From Nibricoccus sp. (lineage in GTDB: Bacteria; Verrucomicrobiota; Verrucomicrobiia; Opitutales; Opitutaceae): a stretch of DNA of 64,000 nucleotides. Position 1 is the stretch's first letter; the number at the start of each line of letters is the position of its first letter. The notes below the pieces were generated by a model. The model was given only the letters and a program-made list of their open reading frames with translations, was not told the origin of the DNA and ran no database searches. This document shows, piece by piece, positions 7,412-17,863 of this stretch. The stretch lies in the NCBI GenBank assembly GCA_047602425.1, contig JASGHG010000001.1, forward strand, positions 2,976,001 to 3,040,000, in the 5' to 3' direction. A program made the position numbers and the translations under genes.

Positions 7412-8509
7412 ATGATGCCCTCCGAGCACGCTGCCACTTTGGAAAAAATTCCTGTCGCCGACGGAAAACTAAGCGCTAAGGAGGCGCATCTTCGGTACGT
7501 GTCGGACCGCGCAGCGGGATTTTCGCGGCGAAAGCAAGGAGACCGGATCACCTATTTTGACCAGCACGGGCGGCGGTTGACAGATGCAGCGGAAATTTCG
7601 CGGATCCGTGCACTGGCCATTCCACCGGCTTGGGATGGGGTCTGGATTTGCCCGCATGCGCACGGGCATGTACAGGCGACCGGGCGCGATGCGCGGGGGA
7701 GGAAGCAATACCGTTACCATCCCGAGTGGCGGCGTGTGCGGGATCATGCCAAATATGATCACCTCCTAGCCTTCGCTCATGCGCTCCCCAAGATCCGGCG
7801 CCGGGTCGCAAATGATCTCCGTCGTCGCGGTCTTGGGCGGGACAAGGTCCTTGCGGCGATGGTCCGTTTGCTTGAGACAACGCTGATCCGTGTCGGGAAT
7901 GAGCAATACCTCAAGCAAAACCATTCAGTTGGACTAAGCACCCTTCGCGACCGACACGTGCGGGTGAGCAAGGGCACGGTGCATTTCTCGTTTCGTGGCA
8001 AGAGCGGCAAGGAACATGAGATCGACCTCGACGACCCAGGCTTGGCGCGCATCGTGCGGCGGTTACGGGAAATTCCCGGTCAGGAATTGTTTCAGTACAT
8101 TGACGAAAACGGAACGTCACAAAAAATTTCTTCGACCGACATCAACGCCTACCTCCACGAAATAGCGGGGGCGGAGTTTTCCGCGAAGGATTTCCGGACC
8201 TGGGCGGCGACCGTACACGCGGCGCGCGCGCTTGCAGCCACACCAGCTTTTCGCACGGATCGCGAAGCGCGGCACAATGTTGCAGCCGCCATCCGGAGCG
8301 TCGCCGAACAGCTGAGGAATACCCCGGCAATCTGCCGGAAATCCTACGTGCATCCGGCAGTGGTTGAAGGCTATCTCGCCCGGCGTATTCTAAAACTGGT
8401 TACAAACAATACCGAATCCGCGAAACCAGCCCCTCGTTTCGGTCTCAGTGCCGAAGAACGAGCCTTGTGCACATTTCTCCGAGCGGCTGCTCGCTCCGCG
8501 CAGAGATGA
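7412..8509 (+). CDS. DNA topoisomerase IB (bacterial/poxvirus-like)
   Basis: GRDARGRKQYRYH, IRVGNE, FRGKSGK, KDFRTW, NTPAICRKSYVHP (catalytic Tyr). Confidence 0.92.
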   Translation: MMPSEHAATLEKIPVADGKLSAKEAHLRYVSDRAAGFSRRKQGDRITYFDQHGRRLTDAAEISRIRALAIPPAWDGVWICPHAHGHVQATGRDARGRKQYRYHPEWRRVRDHAKYDHLLAFAHALPKIRRRVANDLRRRGLGRDKVLAAMVRLLETTLIRVGNEQYLKQNHSVGLSTLRDRHVRVSKGTVHFSFRGKSGKEHEIDLDDPGLARIVRRLREIPGQELFQYIDENGTSQKISSTDINAYLHEIAGAEFSAKDFRTWAATVHAARALAATPAFRTDREARHNVAAAIRSVAEQLRNTPAICRKSYVHPAVVEGYLARRILKLVTNNTESAKPAPRFGLSAEERALCTFLRAAARSAQR

Positions 8510-8575
8510 AAGCGGTGTTTACTCTCCAACTCCGACTTGTCGCACACCGAACTCGTGGTAAATGTGATTACTATC

Positions 8576-8956
8576 ATGGTCAAAAAACTTATCCACACGC
8601 GCATGCGCGTAAACGACATCGAGCGCACGGTTAAATTTTATCAGGACGCGCTGGGACTTACCGTCGCCCGCCGCAGCGTTTCGCCGCGCGGCGCGCAAAT
8701 CGTCTTTCTCGCCACGCCCAACAGCGACGAGGAAATCGAAATCTGCCAGTTGCCCAATAGTCCCTCCGTGCAGGTGCAGCCTGACCTGATGCATCTCGCT
8801 TTCGAGGTGGACAGTATTGAAAAATACGCCGCGGAGATTGCGAAGAAGGGCTTCAAGCTCAGCGACGGTCCAACCAAGACGGGCAGCGGCGCAACTATCG
8901 CCTTCATTGACGCCCCCGAAGGCTACGAAATCGAATTGATCGAAAAGGCGCGATAA
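8576..8956 (+). CDS. VOC family protein / lactoylglutathione lyase-like
   Basis: HTRMRVND..FYQDALGL, HLAFEV, AFIDAPEGYEIELIE. Confidence 0.85.
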   Translation: MVKKLIHTRMRVNDIERTVKFYQDALGLTVARRSVSPRGAQIVFLATPNSDEEIEICQLPNSPSVQVQPDLMHLAFEVDSIEKYAAEIAKKGFKLSDGPTKTGSGATIAFIDAPEGYEIELIEKAR

Positions 8957-9061
8957 GAGCGGGCATTTTGTCCGTCGTAAGGGCCGCAATTTTATTGCAC
9001 CCGGTTTGGTTGTGCTCGGAGAAGGCGCAACGGGATTGCGCCCTGAAAGCTGCGTTCAAAT

Positions 9062-11995
9062 TCAGGGCGAAATTTCGAAGCCGCCGATATCGAGCGTTTC
9101 CTTGTTTTCCTTCAGGCGAACGGTAATGCGCTCTTCTTTTTGCTCCCTGGTGCCGAAATGGGTGATCAGACGGACTTGCGCGGTGACGGGGCCGAGCGCG
9201 TTTTGCCGGCGATCGCCGAAATAGTTGATTTGGACTTTGTATTTCCCGGGCTTCGGCGTGCGGAGAATAAACTCCTCGGGTCCGTAGCCGCCGGTGAAAT
9301 CGCGCGACATATGGCCGCCTTGGTAGGTGAGCGGATGGTTGTACATGGCGACTTCGCCGTTGGGATCGGTGACCCAGAGGTCGATATCGCAGTCATTGGC
9401 ATCCCACGTGAGAATTACCCGCGTGGTAACGGGAAGGTTTTTCAGCAGGCGGCGGTCGATCTTGCTGAGGTCGAGTTTCGCATCGCAGGTCGAGACGATG
9501 GCGTTGAGTTCGGCTAACGCCAGCTGTTCGATCTCGGGAAAACGGCCATCCCAAGGTTTGAAAACGATGACCCAGAGCAAATCGACGGCGCGCTGGTATT
9601 CCTTCGTTGCGGCGCAGACGAGCGCGAGGTCGCGGTGACTCTGAGGTTCGTCGGGACGCAGGATCAGCACACGCTCAAAGAGCGGTTTTGCGAGATCGGG
9701 GCGGTCGGCCTGCGTCAGGCGATGGGCGAGCACGCGCAGCAGGGCGACGTCTTCGAGTTCCATTTCGGCCAGGTTCGAAAGGATCCGAAGCGCCAGTTCG
9801 GGTTGCTTTACCTCAAAGAAGTAGTTGGCTACGTCGAGGAAAAAACCGGGCTGTTCGGTGTGGTCGGCGCGTTCTTCGAGGTAGATGGTGTAGGCTTTTT
9901 CAGGCGATGTCCGGCGGAGGTGATCGAGGTAACCGGCATTGGGTTTCCAGCTTTGCAGCGAAATGGTGGCGGTGGGTGTGGAGGCGTCGTCGGCAGAATC
10001 GCCTTTGCGTTTTGCTTCCAAAGCAGTGATTCGGCCCACGGCTTCGCGACGTTCGCGTTGGGTATCCTGTCTGCGGCCTGCCGGCGCTTGGCTGACCGAA
10101 AACGAATTTAGCACAATCACATCGTCCGAACTTCCTGCTCTGACTGAAGCTGGTGCGGCCATTCTCTCCGCATCTCCATAAATAACTTTGTCGAAGTTAG
10201 TCGTTTTAGGCGGTTCGTCTTTGGGAAATTTCTTTTCCCACCAAGCGACCCGATCCTTGAAAGCTCGGAGCACAGCATCGAAGTGGATATCGAAGGAGTT
10301 TTTGCGCTCAGCCTCGGTTCGATTCTGCACGGTGCGCCATTCGTTTCGGAGTTCGGCGGGTGGCGTGATGTTGTAGCGCACGTAATCAGCCAGCGTTTCG
10401 AGCACGATCAAGGAGGTATTCGCGGTGACGATTCCAAAATCCTGGCTCGTGCGGCGAATATCTTCGCGGTTGGCCGTGGGATTGAGGGATAAAAGGTTGA
10501 GCTTGGTCGTAGCCCAGGCGCGCGCGGCGAGACGGCTCGGATTTTCGCCGGAGCAAAGGACGAGTTCATGGTCGCGGGCGTCGCTGTTGTTGTGTCCGAT
10601 GCGGACGCGAATGCTCGTCTGGGGAACGCGCAAGAGGCCGGTCACAACCAATGACTCAGCGGTAATCGGCGTACCCGGTTCGGGGAAAATTTGCGCGACG
10701 GTTTCGGGGTCGTAATTGACGGCAATCACACGGAGCGATTCGGCGCGAAGTTTTTTGGCCGAATCGGCGGACTCGGTTTCAAGCAAATTCACAAATTCTC
10801 CATTGTGGCGTGCGGCGATGCAGCGTAGCTGGGCTGGATCGGCTTTGCCGCACGCGAGAATTGCGTGCACCGAGCCTTTGAGCGGAAGCGGGGTTTGTGC
10901 GGATTGGCTGCCATAGTTGAAAAGCCCGTCGGAAAAGAGCAGCCATTCGTCCATGGGCAGATTGTCGGCAAGACCGTCGAAGGAAGTCGCGCCATCGTAC
11001 ACGGTTTTCTTGAGCTCGGCTTTGAGTGCGGACCATTTTCCATCGCGAATGGCGAACGAGACCGGAGCCTCGGCGCGATCGCGAAGGCGGATGAGCTGCA
11101 CATCGACGTTTTTCACCAGCGCAAACCATTCGTCGAGCAAGGCGAACTCCTTGTCATGATCGCGTTCGCGGCCCGAACCGGAGCTGTCCCAAAGCAGTCC
11201 GACGGTCCGCGGAGCGGGACGAGCCTTGGACGAACCAGTTGCTTGAACCTCGGCGTAAAAATATTCCTTGTCCTCCTGTTTTCCGGTAATGACGCGGGCG
11301 TGTTCAGATGGCGGCAGCATCAGTTCGAAAAGTCCACGCGCCTTAAAATCGGTCTTTTCGACGTCGAGGAAGCGGGCGTCGCGCCAAGCGGGCAGATCAA
11401 GGCCGAGCGTTGTGCGGGTTTTGGGCTCTTTCGTGCCATCAGAAAAAGCCACAACGGAAAGACGGAAGGTTTTGAGCGGCTTTTCGAAATTTAGGTTTAT
11501 ACGGTAGATCGGCTCGCCGGCGTTGCGGACGAGATCCTCCTGGTACGCGAGCACGATTCGACGAGTGCCGTGGGCAGGAATGGGAAATACGCGGGCTCGG
11601 TAGTTGTTGCCCTCGGTCTGTTCGAGAAGTCCCGGATCGACACGGCGGCGTTCAATCTCCTCGAAGACGACGCGGCCCTGAGTTTTTTCAACCGGCATGG
11701 CCTCGCGGAGGCTGCCGTTAATATCGAGGGCGAAGCGAACGACGCTCTGACCATCGAGCAGGGGAAAAACAAAATTGCCCTCAAGGACGCGCGCATTGGG
11801 ATTTTTGAACACCAAATCGAAAGTGGTGACGGCGATGCGGCCGGTGACCTCGGTGGAGATGACGGCGGATTCGACGACCACGGGTGAAACATTTTTTTCA
11901 GTCAGTTCCATGCGTTGCGCGCGAACGGGAACGGGTCCGATGGAAAAAATGCCGAGCAAAAGGAAACGTTGGAACAGCATGAGAGGGATCTTCAT
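9062..11995 (-). CDS. exported VIT-domain / vWA-like / TPR / DUF2135 protein
   Basis: Signal peptide; VIT motif (FKNPNARVLEG..FPL, DPGLLE); LLWDSSGS; C-terminal WDANDCDIDLWVTDP...DFTGGYGPEEF. Confidence 0.8.
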   Translation of the reverse strand: MKIPLMLFQRFLLLGIFSIGPVPVRAQRMELTEKNVSPVVVESAVISTEVTGRIAVTTFDLVFKNPNARVLEGNFVFPLLDGQSVVRFALDINGSLREAMPVEKTQGRVVFEEIERRRVDPGLLEQTEGNNYRARVFPIPAHGTRRIVLAYQEDLVRNAGEPIYRINLNFEKPLKTFRLSVVAFSDGTKEPKTRTTLGLDLPAWRDARFLDVEKTDFKARGLFELMLPPSEHARVITGKQEDKEYFYAEVQATGSSKARPAPRTVGLLWDSSGSGRERDHDKEFALLDEWFALVKNVDVQLIRLRDRAEAPVSFAIRDGKWSALKAELKKTVYDGATSFDGLADNLPMDEWLLFSDGLFNYGSQSAQTPLPLKGSVHAILACGKADPAQLRCIAARHNGEFVNLLETESADSAKKLRAESLRVIAVNYDPETVAQIFPEPGTPITAESLVVTGLLRVPQTSIRVRIGHNNSDARDHELVLCSGENPSRLAARAWATTKLNLLSLNPTANREDIRRTSQDFGIVTANTSLIVLETLADYVRYNITPPAELRNEWRTVQNRTEAERKNSFDIHFDAVLRAFKDRVAWWEKKFPKDEPPKTTNFDKVIYGDAERMAAPASVRAGSSDDVIVLNSFSVSQAPAGRRQDTQRERREAVGRITALEAKRKGDSADDASTPTATISLQSWKPNAGYLDHLRRTSPEKAYTIYLEERADHTEQPGFFLDVANYFFEVKQPELALRILSNLAEMELEDVALLRVLAHRLTQADRPDLAKPLFERVLILRPDEPQSHRDLALVCAATKEYQRAVDLLWVIVFKPWDGRFPEIEQLALAELNAIVSTCDAKLDLSKIDRRLLKNLPVTTRVILTWDANDCDIDLWVTDPNGEVAMYNHPLTYQGGHMSRDFTGGYGPEEFILRTPKPGKYKVQINYFGDRRQNALGPVTAQVRLITHFGTREQKEERITVRLKENKETLDIGGFEISP

Positions 11996-12131
11996 GGGGA
12001 TGAAAAAAGGATGACGAAAAACGGCCGTCCGACGAGCTGATAGTCGAACAGTATCATCCCTACAACGACCTGGCTGCCGTTTTATTAGCCGCGAAGTGTT
12101 TTCGGCGTACTCCAAGAATCGCCAGAGACGT

Positions 12132-12152
12132 TTGTCATCTAATAGATGACAA
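12132..12152. repeat. palindrome TTGTCATCTA-N-TAGATGACAA (copy 1)
   Basis: Perfect 10-bp arms; same core as 25935-25975. Confidence 0.7.
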
Positions 12153-12190
12153 CGGCATTGGTTGCCGGCGGACGTTTCTATTGTCGCCGG

Positions 12191-13069
12191 TCAAATCTGT
12201 TTTGCGGCGCGGCGCTCGTAGGCGAAGAGATATTGTTGGGCAAGTCCGGCCAGTGGGCCGAAATGGACACGGCCGAAATGGGCGGCTTGGGCGGGCTTCC
12301 AATCGTCGAGACCGTAGCGGCGAGCCATGGTTTTAAGAATCCAAGTATCGACGGGAAACGCTTCGAGGCGGCCGGCGCCGAAGAGCAGCACGCAGTCCGC
12401 CACTTTTTCGCCGACACCGGGGAGGGTGCAAAGACGTTCCTTTGCCTGGTTGTAGGGAGCGGTTTCGGTGGTGTCGAGCCAGCCGGGGTTTTTTGCGAGG
12501 AATTGCGCGGTTTCCCGTATATGTTTGGCGCGAAAACCGAGCTTGCACGCCCGTAAGGAGATTTCGGATACGCGGGCAAGTTCATCCCATGTTGGCAGAC
12601 GATGAATGCCCGGCGCGATTTCGGCACCGTGGCGCTCGGCGAGAAGGGCGATCATTTGTTTTATCTGCACAATTTGTTTCGTGGCGCTGCACAGGAAGCA
12701 CAGCAGCGTTTCGCCGAATGGCTGGCGAAGAATGCGCAAGCCGGGAAACGTATCGAGGCAAATGGCGAGATGGGCATCGCTGCGCCAGGGGAGGGCGTCG
12801 ATTCGGGCGTCGTGGAGGGAGCTGAGGTTAAGGTAGTCCGCTAAAGCGTGCGCGGTTCCGTTGGCGCGGTCACAAGGCGCACTCCAGAGGACCTTTTCGT
12901 CGCCTGCGACGGAAAGCCGGGCGACGTTCTCGCCCCAAATGCCGATCCAAGTGCCATCGACCTGGCGGTGCCAGCGGAAACTTTGGCCGCCATCGAGTAG
13001 TTCGGCGAGGACGTCCGTCTTGATTTTCAACTGAAGCGGTTCCCATTTGTTCCAGAATGACACGGGCAT
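12191..13069 (-). CDS. 8-oxoguanine DNA glycosylase (OGG, HhH-GPD family)
   Basis: GQSFRW, GLRILRQ, LGFRAK, HhH LPGVGEKVADCVLLF, FPVDTW, AGLAQQYLF. Confidence 0.88.
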   Translation of the reverse strand: MPVSFWNKWEPLQLKIKTDVLAELLDGGQSFRWHRQVDGTWIGIWGENVARLSVAGDEKVLWSAPCDRANGTAHALADYLNLSSLHDARIDALPWRSDAHLAICLDTFPGLRILRQPFGETLLCFLCSATKQIVQIKQMIALLAERHGAEIAPGIHRLPTWDELARVSEISLRACKLGFRAKHIRETAQFLAKNPGWLDTTETAPYNQAKERLCTLPGVGEKVADCVLLFGAGRLEAFPVDTWILKTMARRYGLDDWKPAQAAHFGRVHFGPLAGLAQQYLFAYERRAAKQI

Positions 13070-13157
13070 GCCGAACAAAGGAGCAGGGCTTCCAAAAAAG
13101 TCCAGCGGGGCCCCCAGGGAAACCGCAAGGTGTGCGCGCATTTTTTCGGGCGAAACC

Positions 13158-13171
13158 TTGACGCGAATCAA
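13158..13171. promoter_or_regulatory. FNR/CRP-family binding site upstream of nrfH
   Basis: TTGAC-GCGA-ATCAA versus the consensus TTGAT-N4-ATCAA, 58 bp before the nrfH start. Confidence 0.6.
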
Positions 13172-13229
13172 ACTCCGTTTGAACTGTGATGGTCAACCCG
13201 CCGCCTGACTTCACCTTCGCGAGTTTACT

Positions 13230-13706
13230 GTGCCCACGAACGCCCACAAAACCCGTCTCATTCTTGGTCTGATCCTTGCCTCGACGATCGGGCTTTTCGC
13301 TGGCGTGGGCGGGTACACGTTTTATTACGGTCAGGGTTTTTCCTACCTCTCGAACGACCCGCGGGCCTGCGTGAATTGCCACATTATGCGTGAGCAGTAC
13401 GACGGCTGGCAAAAGGCGGCCCATCACGCCGTGGCGACCTGCAACGACTGCCATACGCCGCACGATCTCATCGGCAAGTACATGACCAAGGCATCGAATG
13501 GCTACCATCATTCGAAGGGCTTCACGCTGCAGGATTTTCACGAGCCAATCATGATCAAGCCCTCCAATTCGGCCGTGCTGCAAAAAAACTGCGTGGCCTG
13601 CCATAAAGGAATCGTCGACGGCATCAATACGCACCCGGGCGATCCGAAGAAGATGCTCAATTGCGTGCACTGCCACCGCGAAGTCGGGCACGGGCCGGTG
13701 CGCTGA
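13230..13706 (+). CDS. nrfH: cytochrome c nitrite reductase small subunit (tetraheme, NapC/NirT family)
   Basis: N-terminal TM helix, SYLSNDP, four CxxCH (CVNCH, CNDCH, CVACH, CVHCH). Confidence 0.92.
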   Translation: MPTNAHKTRLILGLILASTIGLFAGVGGYTFYYGQGFSYLSNDPRACVNCHIMREQYDGWQKAAHHAVATCNDCHTPHDLIGKYMTKASNGYHHSKGFTLQDFHEPIMIKPSNSAVLQKNCVACHKGIVDGINTHPGDPKKMLNCVHCHREVGHGPVR

Positions 13707-13755
13707 AAAAAGCGAAACTATTTAACAACGCCAAAATATCCACCCCATTTCCGCC

Positions 13756-15257
13756 ATGAAATCCAATCCTCTTCACCGCCAGCGTGGCCTTGCTCTTATG
13801 GGCTATGTGCTTGTCATTTTTCTCGTGGCTGCCGCCGCCTTCGGCGTGTTTCTGCTCTATCAAAACATTGTTACACGCAAAGCCGAAGCCACTCAGCACG
13901 CCTTCAAGGTGGTCGAACTCGACGAGACCACGGTCAATCCCGCGAAGTGGGCCAGAATTTTCCGCGTCAATACGACAGCTACAAACGCACGGTGGAAAAT
14001 TACGGCACCAAATACGGCGGTGCCGGCAGCGAGGCGGCTCCGATCAGCAAGCTCAAGGCGGACTCGCATCTGCCCGAGATTTTTGCCGGTTACGCTTTCG
14101 CAATCGACTACAACCAACGTCGCGGCCATGCGCACATGCTCGAAGACCAGCGCACCACCAAGCGCGTGACCGAGCGTCCACAAACCGGCGCCTGTCTGCA
14201 TTGCCATGCGAGCAACACCGTTCTCTACCGCCAGGAAGGCCTCAAGCAAGGCGCCGCTGGCACAATTGACGAACCCATGGACTCCGCCAACGGACGCGCC
14301 CAGTTGATGGCCGGCTTCGAAGCGGTCTGCAAGATGCCTTACAATAAAGCCACTGAGCTAGCCCAGCATCCCGTCGCGTGCATCGATTGCCACGATCCCA
14401 AGTCGATGGAACTGCGCGTGACCAAGCCTGGCTTTATTCGGGGCATCGACGCCCTGGCTCGCAGCTCCGAGCCGGTGGCGCATCTGCCTTCGATTGAGCG
14501 CTGGCGCATGGGCAATCGCAAAGAGCCCTACGAACCCAACCGCGATGCTTCCCGCCAGGAAATGCGCTCGATGGTCTGCGGCCAGTGCCACGTCGAATAC
14601 TACTGCGGTCCCAAGATGACGCTCTTCTTTCCTTGGGGCAAAGGCCTGAAGGTCGAACAAATCGAGGCGACCTACGATGAAACCAAGTTCTCCGATGGGC
14701 ACCGCTTCTTTGATTTTGCACACGCCAAGACCGGCGCAGAGGTCCTAAAAGCGCAGCACCCTGAATTTGAACTGTGGAGTCAGGGTATTCATGCCCGCAG
14801 CGGTGTAAGCTGTGCCGATTGCCACATGCCTTACGTTCGCGAAGGCGCGATCAAGGTCAGCAGCCACCACGTTCGCAGCCCGCTCATGAACATCGCGCAG
14901 GCCTGCCAGACCTGCCATCGCTATCCGGAGTCGGAAATCAAGGCCCGCGTGGAAGCCATCCAAGATCGCACTGCGGCTCTGATGGATCGTGCGGAAACCG
15001 CGGTGGTCGGACTCATCCGCGCGCTTGAAACGGCCAAGAAACAAGGCGCCACGCCGGAGCAACTCGCACCGGCTTATGAGCTCCAGCGCAAGTCCCAATG
15101 GCGCGTCGACTTCATCAACGCGGAAAACTCCATGGGCTTCCACGCTCCGCAGGAAGCCGCGCGCATCCTCGGCGAAGCGATCGACTATGCCCGTCAGGGC
15201 GAATTGCTCGTCCTCGGACTCAAGACGGCGACGACGGCCGCCGTCACCACACCGTAA
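13756..15257 (+). CDS. nrfA: ammonia-forming cytochrome c552 nitrite reductase (one base missing at ~13949-13951)
   Basis: Two ORFs join as ..[12 protein letters not shown]; five Cxx[19 protein letters not shown]. Confidence 0.9.
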
Positions 15258-15283
15258 ACGGTCCACCGAACTACATTGAAGCG

Positions 15284-15312
15284 CCAAAGCCCGCGTTCAA
15301 CGCGGGCTTTGG
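15284..15312. terminator. bidirectional terminator-like hairpin
   Basis: CCAAAGCCCGCGTT-c-AACGCGGGCTTTGG between convergent genes. Confidence 0.65.
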
Positions 15313-15334
15313 TGTCCAGTTGTCGGATGAAATC

Positions 15335-15694
15335 TTACTCCAACTTGTTCGCGAAGAGAGGCGCGTACATCAACAAGACCGTGACGGTGGCGACGAAATA
15401 GGTGCGCGCATCACCAACTGACAGGAGAAACGTCGCGATGATGCCGGACCCTTCCGCGAGCGACAGGCCGACGATGAATACCGGCAACACCTTGGTCAGG
15501 GATTTGAACTTTGGCAGCAGGATGAAACGTACGGCGATCGAGCTGACGAGCGTGACGAAAGGGAACCAGCGCAAAACCGATTCGGGCGCGGACGCTTCCG
15601 AATTTTTGGCCGGGGCTAAAAACAAATAGACCAGGCAAAAGCCGGAAACGATCGCGAACCAGATGATCCAAAGAATGAGCCGCCGGGAGTGCAT
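15335..15694 (-). CDS. hypothetical membrane protein (about 4 TM)
   Basis: Four hydrophobic segments in 119 aa. Confidence 0.7.
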   Translation of the reverse strand: MHSRRLILWIIWFAIVSGFCLVYLFLAPAKNSEASAPESVLRWFPFVTLVSSIAVRFILLPKFKSLTKVLPVFIVGLSLAEGSGIIATFLLSVGDARTYFVATVTVLLMYAPLFANKLE

Positions 15695-15928
15695 GAACGT
15701 GGATTGTTTTAGGATGATCAAGGGACTGGGCACAGCACATTGGCCCCAATGCGCTGGGATGAGAGCGACTTGCCAAGCGCGTTGAAGCCCAGAGTGCTTC
15801 ACCTAGGACTTTGCTTTTCTCCAAGCGAATTTCAGCCAATCGCACGGTTGTGGCGAACCAATTTGTTCACACACAGAAAACCTTCCAAGCCGTTGGCCGA
15901 ACTCGGAAGGGAAGGGGACGATTACCGC

Positions 15929-16222
15929 TTAGGCTGCGGGAGCCAGCAAATCGGCGAACTCCGGGTGGCGCTCGATGAAACGCGCGGTGTAGGAGCATTG
16001 CGGGACCACTTTGAGTTTCTCCGCGCGGGCCCACGCGAGGGCGGACCGAACCATTTGTTCGGCGAGGCCGTGTCCACGCAGTGCGGGAGGAACGTACGTA
16101 TGAATAATGGTCACGCGTCCGCCGGCACGCACGTATTCGATGAGCGCGGTATCTGTGCCCGTGTTGATTTCGAAACGGCTGGCGGCGATGTCGTGGTGGA
16201 TGGTTTCGGGGTTGCTGGTCAT
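15929..16222 (-). CDS. small GNAT acetyltransferase (YjdJ-like)
   Basis: IIHTYVPPALRGHGLA...VVPQCSY. Confidence 0.85.
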   Translation of the reverse strand: MTSNPETIHHDIAASRFEINTGTDTALIEYVRAGGRVTIIHTYVPPALRGHGLAEQMVRSALAWARAEKLKVVPQCSYTARFIERHPEFADLLAPAA

Positions 16223-16366
16223 GGCTGGGGCAAGTTGCTGGGGGTTGTCAGTTGCGCAAGGGAAGCAAAGAGATTTGTGCAGATTTTGCCACTCTTATGT
16301 CATAGCTGCGTCCGGTCTTGACCGCCTTCGGCCGAGGGCGCTTTTTGGCGAAATCCTCTTTTCGTT

Positions 16367-17602
16367 ATGTCCTCCTCCAAACCACGTAAAGTAGCCCTTC
16401 TCACTGCTGGCGGTCTTGCGCCGTGCCTCAGCTCCGCCCTTGGCGGCCTGATCGAACGTTACACGGAGATTGCCCCTGAGATCGAAATTATCGCCTACCG
16501 CGGCGGTTACAAAGGCCTGCTGCTTGGCGACAGCTACGCGGTGACGCCGGAAGTTCGCGCCAACGCGCACATTCTCCATCGCCATGGCGGCAGCCCGATC
16601 GGCAACAGCCGCGTGAAACTCACCAACGTGAAAGACTGCGTGAAACGTGGTTTGGTGAAAGAAGGTCAGGACCCGCAAAAAGTCGCGGCCGACCAACTCG
16701 TCAAAGACGGCGTCGATATTCTTCACACCATCGGCGGCGACGACACCAACGGTGCCGCAGCCGACCTCGCGGCGTTTCTCGCGAAAAATAATTACAACCT
16801 CACCGTCATCGGTCTGCCCAAGACGATCGACAACGACGTGTTTCCCATTCGCCAGTCGCTTGGCGCGTGGACCGCGGCCGAACAAGGCGCGCGCTATTTC
16901 CAGAACGTCGTTGCCGAACACGGTGCGAATCCCCGCATGCTCATCATCCATGAAGTGATGGGCCGTAACTGTGGCTGGCTCACGGCCGCGACCGCGCAGG
17001 AGTACCGCAAGCTGCTCGACCGTCAGGAATACGTGCCGGGACTTGGCCTCAGTCGCGACCGCCTCGAAGTGCATGCTGTTTTCATCCCCGAGATGGCGGT
17101 CGATCTTGCGGCCGAAGCCGCGCGCCTAAAAGGCGTGATGGATCGCACGGGCAACGTGAATATATTCATCTCCGAGGGCGCCGGCGTCGAAAGTATCGTC
17201 GCCGAAATGACTGCCAAGGGCCAGGAAGTGCCGCGCGATGCGTTTGGCCACGTGAAACTTGATGCTGTTAATCCTGGCAAATGGTTCGGCGAGCAGTTTG
17301 CCAAGATGCTCGGCGCTGAAAAAACGCTCGTGCAGAAGAGCGGTTATTTCGCCCGCGCTGCCGCAGCCAACGTCGACGATCTGCGCCTCATCAAAAGCTG
17401 CACCGACCTGGCCGTCGAATGCGCATTGCGTCGCGAGAGCGGCGTGATCGGCCACGACGAAGACAAGGGCAACATTCTTCGCGCCATCGAATTCCCGCGC
17501 ATCAAGGGCGGCAAGCCGTTCAATGTCGATCTGCCCTGGTTCGGCTCGCTCCTAGCCGCCATCGGCCAGCCAAAGGGCGCGAAGGTCGACGTGAAGCATT
17601 GA
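16367..17602 (+). CDS. pfp: pyrophosphate-dependent phosphofructokinase
   Basis: TAGGLAPC, GGDD (PPi-type Asp), PKTIDND, EVMGR. Confidence 0.9.
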   Translation: MSSSKPRKVALLTAGGLAPCLSSALGGLIERYTEIAPEIEIIAYRGGYKGLLLGDSYAVTPEVRANAHILHRHGGSPIGNSRVKLTNVKDCVKRGLVKEGQDPQKVAADQLVKDGVDILHTIGGDDTNGAAADLAAFLAKNNYNLTVIGLPKTIDNDVFPIRQSLGAWTAAEQGARYFQNVVAEHGANPRMLIIHEVMGRNCGWLTAATAQEYRKLLDRQEYVPGLGLSRDRLEVHAVFIPEMAVDLAAEAARLKGVMDRTGNVNIFISEGAGVESIVAEMTAKGQEVPRDAFGHVKLDAVNPGKWFGEQFAKMLGAEKTLVQKSGYFARAAAANVDDLRLIKSCTDLAVECALRRESGVIGHDEDKGNILRAIEFPRIKGGKPFNVDLPWFGSLLAAIGQPKGAKVDVKH

Positions 17603-17629
17603 GAGCGCGACCTGTTTTTTGACTTCCAT

Positions 17630-17659
17630 GCCCGGAGCTCCTGCTCCGGGCTTTTTTTT
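17630..17659 (+). terminator. Rho-independent terminator
   Basis: GCCCGGAGC-tcct-GCTCCGGGC followed by T8. Confidence 0.85.
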
Positions 17660-17863
17660 GGCGGTTGGGAACGATGGAAGCACGATGATGCCGTCAAATT
17701 GTGCGACTTTCGATTGCAGAACTCGGCGGTTGGCACTCGCGTCCAATTCGCTGGCAGCCATGCGAGCGAAAGCGGTCTGCCACGAATGGCGTCTGTTCCC
17801 GTCTCTTGACCCCGCCGAGCGATTGCGATCATTGTGCATTTGTTACCCTCCCCACATCACCGA

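Noticed and set aside
7130..7415. Short ORFs between the gre-like gene and topIB
   Set aside because: They overlap the REP doublet and show no coding signal.
13070..13171. Upstream extension of the OGG ORF
   Set aside because: It runs through the divergent promoter region and FNR-like box; ATG 13069 fits better.
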